This document shows positions 13,650 through 25,972 of a stretch of 64,000 bases of DNA, piece by piece. The DNA comes from Chiloscyllium plagiosum. Its lineage: Eukaryota. Numbering within the stretch: the stretch's first letter is position 1; every line of letters begins with the position of its first letter. Below the pieces are notes generated by a model, which was not told the DNA's origin, did not search any database, and was given only the letters and a program-made list of their open reading frames with translations. The stretch covers positions 51,776,920 to 51,840,919 of the forward strand of contig NC_057719.1 in NCBI RefSeq assembly GCF_004010195.1, written 5' to 3'. A program made the translations under genes and the position numbers.

Positions 13650-16110
13650 ATAGTCCAACAAGGGAAGGAGTCATACTGGACCTGGTATTGTGGAATGAAC
13701 CTGGCCAGGTGATCTCAGTTTTGGTGGGGAAGCATTTCAAGAACAGTGAGCATAATTCTGCAAGTTTTAAGTTAGTTATGGACAAGGATGAGTAACTCTC
13801 AGATGAAAGTACTAAACTGGGGGAAGGCTATGTAGATTTGGGGTGGCTATTTGAAGGTAAATCCACATATCTGGAATGTAAGAATCCTTTAAAGGCTAGT
13901 TGATCAGAGTTCAGGACCTGCATATTCCTGTAAAGGTGAAGGATAAGGATGGCCAAATTAAGGAACCTTACATGACAAATGAGATTGCAATTTTAGACAA
14001 AAAGAAGGAAGCATATGTAAGGTTTAGGAAACTGAAGACAGTCAGGGACTTTGAAGAATACAAAGATAGCAGGAAAGAACTCAAAAGGAATTAGAAGAAT
14101 TCAAAGGAGCCATAAAATGTCTTTGGTATAGGATTAAGGAAAATCTCAAGGAGTTTATACATACTGTCATAAGGAACAAGAGGGCAGCTAGGGAAAGGGT
14201 AGATCAACTCAAGGACAAAGGAGGGAATTTATGCCTTGAGATGGAGGAAGTATACTTTGCATTTGTATTCACAAAGGAGGAGGCCATGGTGTATGGTGAG
14301 TCTCGGGAGGGCTAGGTTGATCTTCTTGGGCATGCCGATATTTTTTTAAAATGTTGGGTGTTTGAAAAGCATTATGATAGACCAGTCCCCAGGACCTGAT
14401 GGGATCCATCCCAGAATGCTGAGGGAAGCAGGTGAGGAAATTGCTCAGGCTTTGTTTAAATCTTTATATTCTCTTCAGTCACAGGAGAGGTCCCAGAGGA
14501 CTGGAGAATAACCAATGTTGTTCCTTTGTTTAAGAAGGACAACAGGGTGGGAAATTACAGGCCGGTGAGCCTTACATCAGTGGTTGGGACATTATTGGCG
14601 AAGAATCTTAGGGATAGGATTGACTAGCATTTGGAAAAGGCTGCTGCATAAGATAAAGGTCTTCACAGGTAGCATATTAGCATGGATAGAGGATTGGTTA
14701 ACCTACAGGAAGCACAGAGTGGGGGTAAATGAGTGTTATTCTGGTGGGCAATCAATGACTAGTGGTGTGCCTCGTGGATCAGTGTTGGGACTGCAATTAT
14801 TCACAATTTACATAGATGCTTTGCAGTTGCGGACCACGTGTGGTGTGTCAAAGTTAGCGGATGACAAAGGTGAGTTCAAAATCACACATCAGGTAGCTAC
14901 CTGATGAAGGAGTAGCACTCCGAAAGCTTGTACTTCCAAATAAACCTGTTGGACTATAAGCTGGTGTTGTTTGATTTTTGACTTTGCCCACCCCAGTCCA
15001 ACACCGGCACCTCCACATCATGACTAAGATAAGTGGTAGAGCAAAGTGTGTAGAGGGAACTGTGAAACTTTGCAGAGGAACATAGATACTTTAAGTGAGT
15101 GGGCAAAGTCTGGCAGATGGAATACAATATTAATAAATGCAAAGTCATCCATTTTGGTAGGAGTATTAGTAAAAAGGACTATTACTTGAATGGTAAAAAG
15201 TTGCAGCATGCTGATGTGCAGAGAGACCTGGGTGTCCTTGTGCATGAATCACAGAAAGCTGGTCTGTAGGTGCAATAGATAATTAGGAAGGCAAATGGAA
15301 TTTTGTCCTTCATTGCTGAAGGGACTGAGTTTAAAAGCAGGGAGGTTATGTTGCGAGGTAATACATTTTGGAAGATCTAATGCAGGAAGGAAGTAAACAG
15401 TAAATGGAAGAACCCTTAGTAGCATTAACATACAGATAAATCTCAGTGTACAGGCCCACAACTCACTGAAAGTGGCAACAAGTGGATAGAATAGTCAAGT
15501 AGATATATGGTACGCTTGCCTTCATCAGTTGGCACACATAGTATAAAAATTGGCAAGTCATGTTATTGCTGTATCGATCTTTAATTAGGCCACATTTGGA
15601 ATATTGTGTACACACTACCAGAAGGACGTGGAGGCATTGGAGACGCTACAGAAATGGGGTTTACCAGGATGTTACCTGGTTTGGAGGGATTAGCTATGAG
15701 GAGAGATTGGACAAACTCTGTTTGTTTTCCCTTGAATGTTGAAGGAAAAGGGACGAGACAAAATTATGGGAGATGTGGATAGAATGGATAGTTGGGAGTC
15801 CTTTTCCCAGGTTAGAAATGGCAACTATGATGGATCATAGGTTTAGGATGAAAGCGGATGATTTTAAACATGTGAGAAGCATTTTTTTTACACAGAAGAT
15901 GATAAGTACTTGAAATGTGCTGCTAGAAAATGTGGATACAATAGCGATGTTTGAGAGGCATCTTGACAGATACTTGAACAGACAGGGAATAAAAGGATAT
16001 GGACTGCGGAGAGGCACAAAGTTTTTCATTTGGAAAGGCATCACGTCTCACCACAGTCTTGGTGGGCTGAAGGGCCTGTTACCGTGCTGTACTGTTCTTT
16101 GTTCTCTCCA
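13650..16110 (+). mobile_element. Composite of degenerate CR1 LINE pieces
   Basis: Motifs SPGPDGIHPR, NYRPVSLTS, GVPRGSVLG, LADD and LIRPHLEYCV, with frameshifts and stops. Confidence 0.85.
14870..15022 (+). mobile_element. Penelope-like terminal fragment with intact hammerhead core (14898-14932), nested in CR1
   Basis: TAC-CTGATGA-A-GGAG(TAGCA)CTCC-GAA-AGCT-T-GTA followed by AATAAACCTGTTGGACTATAA. Same family as 50469-50680 and 63191-63760. Confidence 0.8.
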
Positions 16111-16279
16111 CACTTCACCTCTGTGAAGTGGCAGGTACCAGTGGTATTGCTAAACAGTGAAAATATGGTCCTCACTCTCAAATGCTATTTGCCACTTCAT
16201 TCCCTTCAAGAAAGAAATTAAGATAGAAATTAGATTAGAGAGGTAGGTGATTAGGGTGAGATAAAAATAAATATAAGGG

Positions 16280-17695
16280 AAAGAAGCTGATGTGGAAAAG
16301 CTGTGGGCCCTGACAACGTTCTGGCAATGGTACTAAAGACATATGCTCTAGAACTTGCCACTCCTCTGACCAAGTTCTTCCAGTACAGATACAACACTGG
16401 CACCTACCTGACAGTGTGGAAAATTGCCCCATTTATGTCCTGTACACAAAGCAGGTCAAATCCAATCCAGCCAATTACCACCCCATTAGACTACTCTTGA
16501 TCATCAGAAATGTGATAGCTATCATCAACAGTGCTATCAGGCAGCACCTGCTCAGGGCAACTCAGCTCCTGACCTCATTCCTGTCTTGGTTCAAACATGG
16601 ACAAAAGAGCTGAATTCCAGAGGTGAGGTGAGAGTGACGGCCCTTGACATCAAGGCTACATTTGACCGAGTGTGACTTCAAGGAGCCCTGGCAAAACTGG
16701 AATGAATGGATATCAAGGGGCAAACTCTCTGCTGGTTGGAGTCATACTTGTCACATAGGAAGATGGTTGTGCTTGGTGGAGATTATTCATTTCAGCTTCA
16801 GGACATCTCTGTAGGAGTTAATCAGGACGAGTCTTTTTCCGCTGCTCCATTAATGACCTTCCCTCCAATGTAATGTCAGAAGTGGGGATGTTCTCCGATG
16901 ATTGCACCATTTATAACTCTCAGTCACTGAAGCAGACAATGTTCAAATGCAATGGATTCTGGACAATATCCAGGCTTGGGCTGAGAAGTGGCAAGTAATG
17001 TTTGTGCCACACAATGCCAGGCTATGACTATCACTAATAACAGAAAATCTAATCACTGTCCCTTGATATTAAATGGTGTCACCATCACTGAATCCCCCAC
17101 TATCAACATCATGGAGGTTTCTATTGACCAGAAACTCGACTGGACTCACCATATAAACACAGTGGCTATATAAGCAAGTTCGAGGTTATGAATACTGTGG
17201 TGAGTAACTCACCACCTGACTCCCCAATGCCTCTGCATCATCTAAAGGCACAAGTCAGGAGTGTGACCTGCCTGAATGGGTGCAGCCTGCTTAATTGGCA
17301 CTACATCCACAAGCATCCACTCCCTCTATCACCTCCCTCAGTAGCAGCAGTGTGTACTATCTACAAGATGCACTGCAGAAGTTCACCATAGATCTTCCAA
17401 ACACACAACCACTTCCACCTGAAGACCAGGGCAGTAGATACATGGGAACACCACCACCTGAAAATTTCCCTCCAAGCCACTCAGCACCCTGACTTGGAAA
17501 TATATCACCGCTCCTTCACTGTTGCTGGGTCAAAATCCTGGAATTCCCTCCCTAATGGTATTTTGGGTCAACCCATAGTGGGTGGGCTGCAGCTGTTCAA
17601 AAAGACAACTCATCACCACCTTTGCAGGGGCAATTAGGGATGGGCAATAAATGCTGGCCAGCAGCAACACCCACATCCCATAAATTAATAAAAAT
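16280..17695 (+). mobile_element. CR1/L2-type LINE 3' half
   Basis: Motifs SNPANYHPI, ALDIKATFDRV and MFSDDCT, with a tail GGGATGGGCAATAAATGCTGGCC. Confidence 0.85.
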
Positions 17696-18481
17696 GACAC
17701 CAAATATTATTGTACACTGCTTGGCCAAGCAGCATGTTCTATGCTGTTAATTGTATGTAATTCTTTTGATGATCACAATAAATGATATACTTTTATGGAC
17801 CAGAGATTTCTCTTAGCTGATTAGCTTTCCAATTGAAATGAATGGAAATTCGGTTGGAGAATTAGCAATTTTTATGTTATTTATTGAAGTCTGGTGAATG
17901 TTTCTTCAATTCTAGATAATAGTACAGTGGAGAAATGAGGTGACCATTTTGGCAATTAAAAATTGATTTATATTTTTGGCAAGACTCACGAAGCTGTGGG
18001 GTTGGAACATCAGAAAATGTTCCTCCCGTTTAATGTGATTTAAAAAAATTTAGGGCAAGGTTTTGTTCACTTCAGAGTGTCACGAGCATTTGGAAACCTC
18101 TTCTTAAAAAGGTACTGGAAGCAAAGACTTTGGGTATCTTCAAAGTAGAGTAGATTCTTGGCAAATAAGAGGTGAAAATTTATCAGGGTTGGCAGGAATG
18201 TGGTGGACTGAAGGTTACAATCTAATCAGCTATGATCTTACTAAATAATGGAGTTAGCTTGAGGGTTTGAATGGTCTCCTCATTTGTATATGTGCATATA
18301 TTGTACCATTCCTACATTGGTCGTATTGTCTGAAATGAAGCAGTTTGTAGCTTGCTTGTTTCACTGATTCCATATAGTTGCATAGATTTGTGGTCAGGGG
18401 TGAGGGAACTATGCTCACTGTCCACTGCACTGACAGCAGCCCATACAATATTTTGCAGACTTTTGAGTGGAAATTTGCTGA

Positions 18482-18684
18482 TACGGGTAGTTCTTCTATA
18501 ATGCGATGGTTGTGTTCTTGTGCACCCGTGTTATAGAAAAATCGTGCTTTAGAAACAGTGCTTACTGTTGGTGATGTAATTGTATTACAGCCAACACAAG
18601 TTTTAAAAGTTTGTGCTTTAGATGCTGTGTCCCCAATTAATCAATCGCGTTAATGAAACACATGTTCTAGCAGAACGAAATGTA
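18482..18684. mobile_element. Tc1/mariner-type MITE
   Basis: TA-flanked imperfect terminal inverted repeats TACGGGTAGTTCTTCTATAA and TTCTAGCAGAACGAAATGTA. Confidence 0.6.
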
Positions 18685-18814
18685 TAGATGTCTGATCCAG
18701 CATGAAACCCTTTGCAGATGTGTGGCATGTTTGAACACTTCTTGCAAAAAAAAAAGTGGGCTCTTCAATCAACCAAATTGAAAAGTCCCCAGAGTTGTGC
18801 AGTATAAAAAGAAA

Positions 18815-19918
18815 AAAACTTGCATTAATGTAGTGTTTTTATAACCACTGGATGTCTCAAATTGCTTTACATGAAATACTTTAGAGGCTTAGTCATTGTA
18901 AGAAACATGGCAGCCAAAATTCAAACAGCAAGTTCCCACAAATAGCAGTGTGATAATGACTAGATAATTTATTTTTATGTGCATTGAGGGGTAAATATGT
19001 CAAGGTAAAAACAATGACTGCAGATGCTGGAAACCAGATTCTGGATCAATGGTGCTGGAAGAGCAAAAGCCCTTCATCATGAATAATGGCAGAGAGCCTG
19101 AAGCATGGAGAGATACGCTAGAGGAGGGTGGGAGTGGGGAGAGAGTAGCATAGAGTACAATAGGTCAGTGGGGGAGGAGATGAAGGTGATAGGTCAGGGA
19201 GGAGAGGGTGGAGTGGATAGGTGGAAAAGGAGCTGGGCAGGTCAGACAAGTCCAGACAAGACAAGGGGACAGTGTTGAGCTGGAGGTTTGAAACTAGGAT
19301 GAGGTGGAGGCAGGGGAAATGAGGAAGCTGTTGAAGTAAGAGCTTCAGGGCAGAGGAAGTGACATGGGAGTTGCAGTGGGAGATTCTTGTAGAGAGAGGA
19401 GGAAAACTTCTTCAAGGCAGGCATCCTTGCAAGAGGATTCGCAGTAGGGTTAAAATCAACAAGGTAAAAACAATGACTGCAGATGCTGGAAACCAGATTC
19501 TGGATCAATGGTGCTGGAAGAGCACAGCAGTTCAGGCAGCATCGAGGAGCTTCAGCAAAATCGACGTTTCGGGCAAAAGCCCTTCATCAGGAATAAAGGC
19601 AGAGAGCTGAAGCGTAGAGAGATAAGCTAGAGGAGGGTGGGAGTGGGGAGAGAGTAGCATAGAGTACAATAGGTCAGTGGGGGAGGAGATATGTCAGTCA
19701 GGATAAAGTGATAACTTCATTATCCTCCTCCAACTTTTACACCCATCTGAGTAGACAGAAAAGGTTTCTGATAAATGTCTCATCTGAAAAACCATCCTGT
19801 GACTTCACAGCACTCCACTGGAAGGTAAGCTTTGAATTCTGAACTCATGCCCTGACATGGGATTGAACTTGGAACCTTGTGATTCCAATGCAAAAGTGCT
19901 ACCATCTGAACCACGGTT
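18815..19918 (-). mobile_element. Old tRNA-derived DeuSINE-like element, split by a Penelope-like insertion
   Basis: tRNA-like head at about 19855-19918, central CTGTTTGTGGGA-CTTGCTG-like domain and TAATGCAAGTT tail on the minus strand. Confidence 0.6.
19003..19688 (-). mobile_element. Penelope-like element with tandem terminal repeats and hammerhead (19561-19593)
   Basis: Direct repeat at about 19001-19180 and 19460-19690, flanked by an 8-bp direct repeat ATATGTCA (18995-19002 and 19689-19696). Confidence 0.8.
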
Positions 19919-20972
19919 GACATTAAAATCAGAAAGTAGAAATGAGAATCAAATCCAATAGATGAACCTAAAGATTGCAATGAAAGATGTACTTTTAAAG
20001 GGATATGACACAGAAAGAAAAAAGGCAAATCTTCTTAAAACTCCAATACTCATTATTCTGACAGAATAACTGTAAAATCTCATAATTGTAATGTCAGTCT
20101 TTTTGGACTGGAGGGGTTATTTTGGCAGTAATTATAATGTAGTGCACCCTTAAAATTTCATCTGGACCTGTATGCACCAGGTCTGCCATGTTTTGTGTTT
20201 AAGTATTGCACCATCATGTTCTTAAATGCTAATGCTAAGCCTATTAGTGAGATACTGTTGTAGATCAGTCTGTGGAGGAGCAGCGGTTTAGAACTTCCAG
20301 CTTTCTACATTTAACTACCCACATGCAGACAAAAAGGTTTTGGCCAATGTAAATCATACTTCTGGGGACTCATATTAGCTTGATGACTATCCTCAATCTA
20401 CAAAACCTGGATCTTGCTGTTTAAGTTTTCTTTTGCAAGTCCAACATGCTTGTATGGTAATAATTAAACATGAACAAAACAAAAGGAATTACCACAATAC
20501 AAAATATCAACAAGGTTGATTATTGATAAGTTACGATAGCTACTATATTCCATTAAATGCATAATATCTTTGATTTCTTTGATTTATATTCTGATAGTAT
20601 TGTTTTGACTATATGGCCTTGACACTTCACCTTACAGAAAGCGACCCTTTAATGTAAGTAACCATTGCAGAGTAAATCGAAACACAAAGATTCTTTATGT
20701 TGGCAGTTTGAGTTACTTATTGTGTTTTTGATGAGAAGGGGATTCGTGCTGTGGACACAACATTGTTGTCTTTCTCTTTCCTGTCACTTAAAACAAAAAA
20801 CTTGGGTATTGTCATCCTAAAGTCTTAAATTAATTATCTAATAAAAGGCTGTAGGCTAATATTTCTGTAATTCCTAAAGGTGAAATTTCCTACGCAATGA
20901 AGAGATAATAGTCTACAATTCTCACATGGTTAACTTTTTGAATATATAATTCAAAGCAAGCTTTGTACATTG

Positions 20973-21163
20973 TACAGGTCGTTCTGGCATAATGTGCATT
21001 TTGTCAACGTGAATTGGCTATAACGCGATTGGTGAATTGTGGGTGCTGTTTGGATAACACAAACTTTCTGCTGAATGGGTCTAGTAGTTTTCCATGGCAT
21101 GGTTTTCTATAGAGTGAGGTTGCAGTGGAAATCAACTGTTGCATTATAGCATAAGGACCTGTA
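20973..21163. mobile_element. Tc1/mariner-type MITE
   Basis: TACAGGTC...GACCTGTA terminal inverted repeats with TA ends, related to the element at 18482-18684. Confidence 0.7.
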
Positions 21164-21479
21164 GATATAATTACATTCTAGGCATTTGCCAGTAATTTGC
21201 TTTTAAAACTGCAAACACCTTACACAGTTTAAAGCAATATATTCTCTCACAGTTTAAACAAAATGAAAATTGTCTTTACAACCTTAACCTTTGTTTTTGA
21301 TTGAGTGTGTCATCAAGCAGGAGTGGGAGCAGAGACCTGAAAATTAATACTGCTTCTGGCTGGGGGCCATAGACCCTGAACCAAATACTGTCCACCCCCA
21401 GAGCCCCAAGGTCTGGCAACTGGGACCTGATGTAACCCTCTGTCCCAGGCCCTGGCTTCAAAAAGCCCTAACAAAACCG

Positions 21480-22495
21480 AAATCAATGGGTAGCGGTGGG
21501 AAAATCTTCACAGTTGGAGTCATACTTAATATAAAGGAAGTTGATTGTGGTTATCTAAGGGTGATCATCTTGTCTCCACAGCATCTCTGCAGGAACTCCT
21601 CAGGGTAGGATCCTCAGCCTAACTATTTCCAGCTGCTTCTTCAATGAAGTTCCCTCCATCAATAAGGTAAAAGTTAGGGTTGTTCACTGATGATGTATGG
21701 TATTCAAAAACAATTTGAAACTCCTTCGATGTAGTGTACACACAAGGGCTAATTCAGTAAGGCCTAGATCATTTTCAGGCTTGGACTGATTAAACATGAA
21801 ATAACATTTGCACTACACATCTACCAGGCACCTACTATCTCCAACAACAGAGATGCTAACTATCTATCCTTAACATTCAACAACATTACCCTAGCTGAAT
21901 CTCTTAAGATCAACATCCTGGGGTCTAGCTGGACAAGCCAAACAAATAGTGACTAGAAAAGCAGGTCAGAAACTGGGAATTCTGCAGCAAGTAACAAACT
22001 TAAATAGCAAACGCCTACTCACCACTTACAAAGCACAAGTCAGGAGTGTGATTGAATACGTCCATTTGCCTGGGCAGGTACGGCTCCAAAACACTCAACA
22101 ATCTAAATACCATCAGTACAAAGTACTGAGGTATATAGCACTCCTTTCACCAGCGACACAGTGATAGCAGCATGTACTGTATACAAGATGCACTGCAGCA
22201 ACTCACCAACCCTTCAACAGCACTTTCTAAAGCTGTGACCTTTGCCACATGGAAGAATAAGGGCAGCAGATGCATAGGAACACCAATACCTGCAGGTTCT
22301 CCCTCCAAGTCACCACCATACTGACTTCATTCCTTTCACTGTTATTGGGTTGAAATCTGGAAGTATCTTCTTAACAGCACAGTGAATGTACCTACATGAG
22401 TTGGACTGCAATATTTCAAGAAGAAAGATCAAATCCACCACCTGGACAGTGAGGGATGGAAAACAAATGGCAGTGTCTTGCCAGTGACACATGTA
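21480..22495 (+). mobile_element. Degenerate CR1/L2-type LINE 3' fragment
   Basis: PQGRILS, FTDD and YKAQVRSV motifs, with the same tail as 16280-17695. Confidence 0.75.
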
Positions 22496-23744
22496 TTACT
22501 CTATTTTTAAGTAAGCAGGGAAACATCTATTGTCATAACTCCATCTAATAATTGTGAATTGCTGATTTGTTTAAAATATATATTTTATTCAAGTGTATTA
22601 CCTGAATATTTCTATATGATAACCTTGTCTGATGAGATAAATTGACAATGCTGATTGAACAATAAATATTTTTAAAATTAAGCTTTAATGATTAAAACAT
22701 GTACTGGCATACATACAATTTCTGTTCCTTGGTTTCATGTAATACAGTAACATTCAGCAATCTGGGGCATTAAACTTGCATTTCCTTAGAATATAAAGCA
22801 ACATTAAAATACCAGAAGTTGTTTCTGATTTGCTTACAAAATATTTTTTCACAAACATTAGCAAATTCTGAAGATAACATTTATCTTAAGCTTTAAAACA
22901 CTGCACAGGGAAATGTTTGCCTCCCTTTTACTATTGTCTTCAAAAGGAAATTGAGGAATGAAAATGTATCACACTGTAAAGCATCAATACTGTATTTACA
23001 ACTTTATACCAATAAACATGAGGCCACCAGAACATTTTAGAATTTGAAAACAATACACTCTAAGGTACTTGCTTCATAAATAAGCTTTTGTGTATTCACT
23101 TTAAAAAAAAATATTGTTCTAAAATGTAACACATTTACAATGATATCTCTGACATTACTCCTGGAGAGTTTTTTGGTTAATTAAATAGGCACCAACTTTC
23201 CCAGTTGACTGCTAGTAAATAAGGCTCAAATAACATGATTTTGTTTTCAATTGATGTATGCCAAACAGACCCATTGCTTTGTTTAAAACAAAATTTCAAT
23301 CACTGTTTTGGCACTTTGGGCACTTATTTGGTTTTGACGCATAATTAGTAACTACAGAAGGTACACCTACTAACATTGTAAAGTAATGGCAGAAATATTT
23401 GAGCCTTGCATCATATAGTGTTAACTGACTCTTGTGTGTTTTTAATCACTTGCTCGCTACTTCAACATTCTGACCAAATTTCTTCCCTCTTTTCCCAAGG
23501 AGTTGGTTTCATGGTTCCATTGTGATAATCATCCTCTGAAACCTAACCCAAGGGATCATTTGTGAATTTCAATAGTAAATGCTGGCTACAGTTGTGTGGG
23601 GATGAAGGGCTGAAGGTGGAGGTGTAAATCATCACAACTATGATCCTGTCTCCATCTAACCAACACAGTAATGACATTTAACAGCAAAATCTATATTTGA
23701 TCACTTTCCTTCAAGTGTTGCTGAGGCCACTCATAGTAAACCCA

Positions 23745-24112
23745 TTGTTTCAGAAAAGATCAAAACACATTCAGTAAACTTACACCATAGTGCTAAACGT
23801 AGTGCTGGACAGTCAGCATTTTAGATCAGAATAAACTGAGGCCCTTCAGGTGAATATGAAAGATCCTTTAGCACCATTTTGAAGGAGATTTTGTCGGATG
23901 TCCGGAACAACATATTAGCATATTAACAAGTTAACACTGCCAAAGTTAAGTTATTTGTTCATGTATCACTCTACTGTTTGTCAGACCTTGTCTGGTAAAA
24001 TTGGTTGTTGCTTTTCTCTACCATACAACAATGACTTTACTTCTAAATTATTTCATTGGGTTTGTAAATTGTTTTGGGGTGTCCTAAGGTATTATATAAA
24101 TGCAAATTGTTT
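23745..24112 (+). mobile_element. Old DeuSINE/AmnSINE-like element
   Basis: CAGGTGAATATGAAAGATCC...CACCATTTTGAAG, CTGTTTGTCAGACCTTG...AAATTGG and a TATATAAATGCAA tail. Confidence 0.55.
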
Positions 24113-24527
24113 TTAAATGATTGGGTACGAAATAAACATCAAAGCTGGGATTTTGCAGGCTGTATGCCTCAGATTCATGATAAGACTGTCAAACAGGGAC
24201 AATTCTGATTACCGTATGCTAAAGACTCAATCAAATATTAAAAAGACACACATTATGTAACAACTGAAAATAATGTAGTTGCCTTCTGAACTGATCTAAA
24301 ATTTTCAAGCATTAGTTATTTCATTATCATTTGGTCTAAGATGCAATCTTGTTGCACTCAACATTTCAGAACATCTGCTAAGTGTCTGAAATTACATCTC
24401 ATTATTGTATTGTGTATGACAGATTTCCAAGAGTTCCTATTAGTGCTTCAAACTATTTTGTTCGGAATTGAATTTTTACTTCCTAATTGTTAATTTAGGA
24501 TTTTACCATCTCAAATCCAAATTACAC

Positions 24528-24533
24528 TTTATT
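24528..24533 (-). terminator. Candidate proximal GPR135 polyadenylation signal
   Basis: AATAAA on the minus strand about 130 nt after the stop codon. A distal alternative exists at 22584-22589. Confidence 0.3.
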
Positions 24534-24664
24534 TTAATATAATTACGTCATATACTAGTTTTCTTTCAGAAACTGCTACAAATTTCTGCACTTTCAAGAA
24601 AGACTTTGAATTTAAAGCCTCTCTGTTTATAAATATATCTCCATTGAATAATTTAAAAATTTGT

Positions 24665-25972
24665 CTAAAGGCTTGTATTTGCAGTCTCTGATTTGGGTAC
24701 GGCAGGCTCAGACACAGTATCTGGTTGTCCATCTCTGCAGAAGAGCACAGCTGGGTTTCTACATGCCCACATTGCAACATCTCCATTTGCAGGGCTGGAG
24801 GAAGACATCCTGCTGCCAGACCCTTGTCGACTGACATACTGATCCCTAATTCTGTCCACCCTACTCCTGGCCTCGTGGCTCTGACTGGACAGGTATGCAG
24901 CTATGTTTCTAGTCCTGTAGCCATCTTCTCTATTTCTGCCCAAGAGAATGGAGATATTGGGGTTCCTGGTAGCATAGATGAGTGGATTGAGAGCTCCATT
25001 GGCCCATGCTAGCAAAATGGCTACAGTATCCATGATGGGGGTGAAATGGAAGTTGCCCGTGGCAGTGATGATGCCCATGATACAATAGGGGCCCCAGCAA
25101 CAGATGATGAAAACAATCATGATCAATACAGTTGTAGCTGTCCTCATCTCACTGTAGAAACGCAGTAGGTGGGCGTAAGTGGTGACTGGGCGGACTCGGA
25201 TCTCTGACAGCCTGACTGTCTTACAGATGTTGTAGTGGCAGAAACACATCAGAGAGAAGGGTAGAAGATAGCAGATGACAATGAGGGTGATGCTGTAACT
25301 GGTGCCCATCCGGGAGTTGCCTGAGTGGAAGATGTACATGCAGTGGTAGAACCCCTTCTTGTGGACAACCAGTGGACCATTGGCTTGTGTCATGAGATAC
25401 CAGGGGAAAGAGAAAAGGACTGCAATCAACCAGACGGCAACTAGTAACTGGGTGGCCCTACGTCGCCCAATCTTCTCCTGGGGTTGCCTGACAATGGCAT
25501 AGTAACGATCGAAGGAGATGAGCGTCATGGTGAGGGTGGAGATTATCCCAAAGCAGGAGTTGAAGAAGCCATTAGCAATGCAGAAACGGTCACCAAAGAT
25601 CCAGACCCCTTCCTGGGTGAACAGCATGATGAAGGAGAAGGGCACACAGAGCAGGGCAGTGAGGAGGTCAGACAGGGATAGAGACAGGATAAAGGCATTG
25701 GTCACTGTCCTGAGCTGCCGGTGTTTGACGATCATCACTATGACAGCTGAATTGCCCAGACAGGAGAGCAGGAAGATGAGCAGGAGGATGAGAGCTTTGC
25801 AAGCCAAGGCCATGCCATGGAGCAGGGAGTTGGTGTCAGCCTGGTCTCTGGCCCAATCTTGCGGAGTGACCCTGGTTTGGTTGGCGATGATGGTGGTCAC
25901 AGTGTTGGAACTGTCTGTGCTGTTGGTCTCTGTGAGACTGTTGAACCGGGGAAGCTTGGTTGAAAGATCCAT
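24665..25972 (-). CDS. GPR135: G protein-coupled receptor 135 (orphan class A GPCR), single coding exon, 435 aa
   Basis: Uninterrupted ORF with 7 hydrophobic segments and GN (TM1), LSLSD (TM2), DRY (TM3), CWGP (TM6) and NPLIY (TM7). Contains the GPR135-typical [28 protein letters not shown] and [11 protein letters not shown] segments. First ATG is at 25972; the ORF-track start at 25987 is a GTG, and there is an in-frame TGA at 26006-26008. TAG stop at 24665-24667. Adjacent to L3HYPDH as in human. Confidence 0.95.
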   Translation of the reverse strand: MDLSTKLPRFNSLTETNSTDSSNTVTTIIANQTRVTPQDWARDQADTNSLLHGMALACKALILLLIFLLSCLGNSAVIVMIVKHRQLRTVTNAFILSLSLSDLLTALLCVPFSFIMLFTQEGVWIFGDRFCIANGFFNSCFGIISTLTMTLISFDRYYAIVRQPQEKIGRRRATQLLVAVWLIAVLFSFPWYLMTQANGPLVVHKKGFYHCMYIFHSGNSRMGTSYSITLIVICYLLPFSLMCFCHYNICKTVRLSEIRVRPVTTYAHLLRFYSEMRTATTVLIMIVFIICCWGPYCIMGIITATGNFHFTPIMDTVAILLAWANGALNPLIYATRNPNISILLGRNREDGYRTRNIAAYLSSQSHEARSRVDRIRDQYVSRQGSGSRMSSSSPANGDVAMWACRNPAVLFCRDGQPDTVSEPAVPKSETANTSL

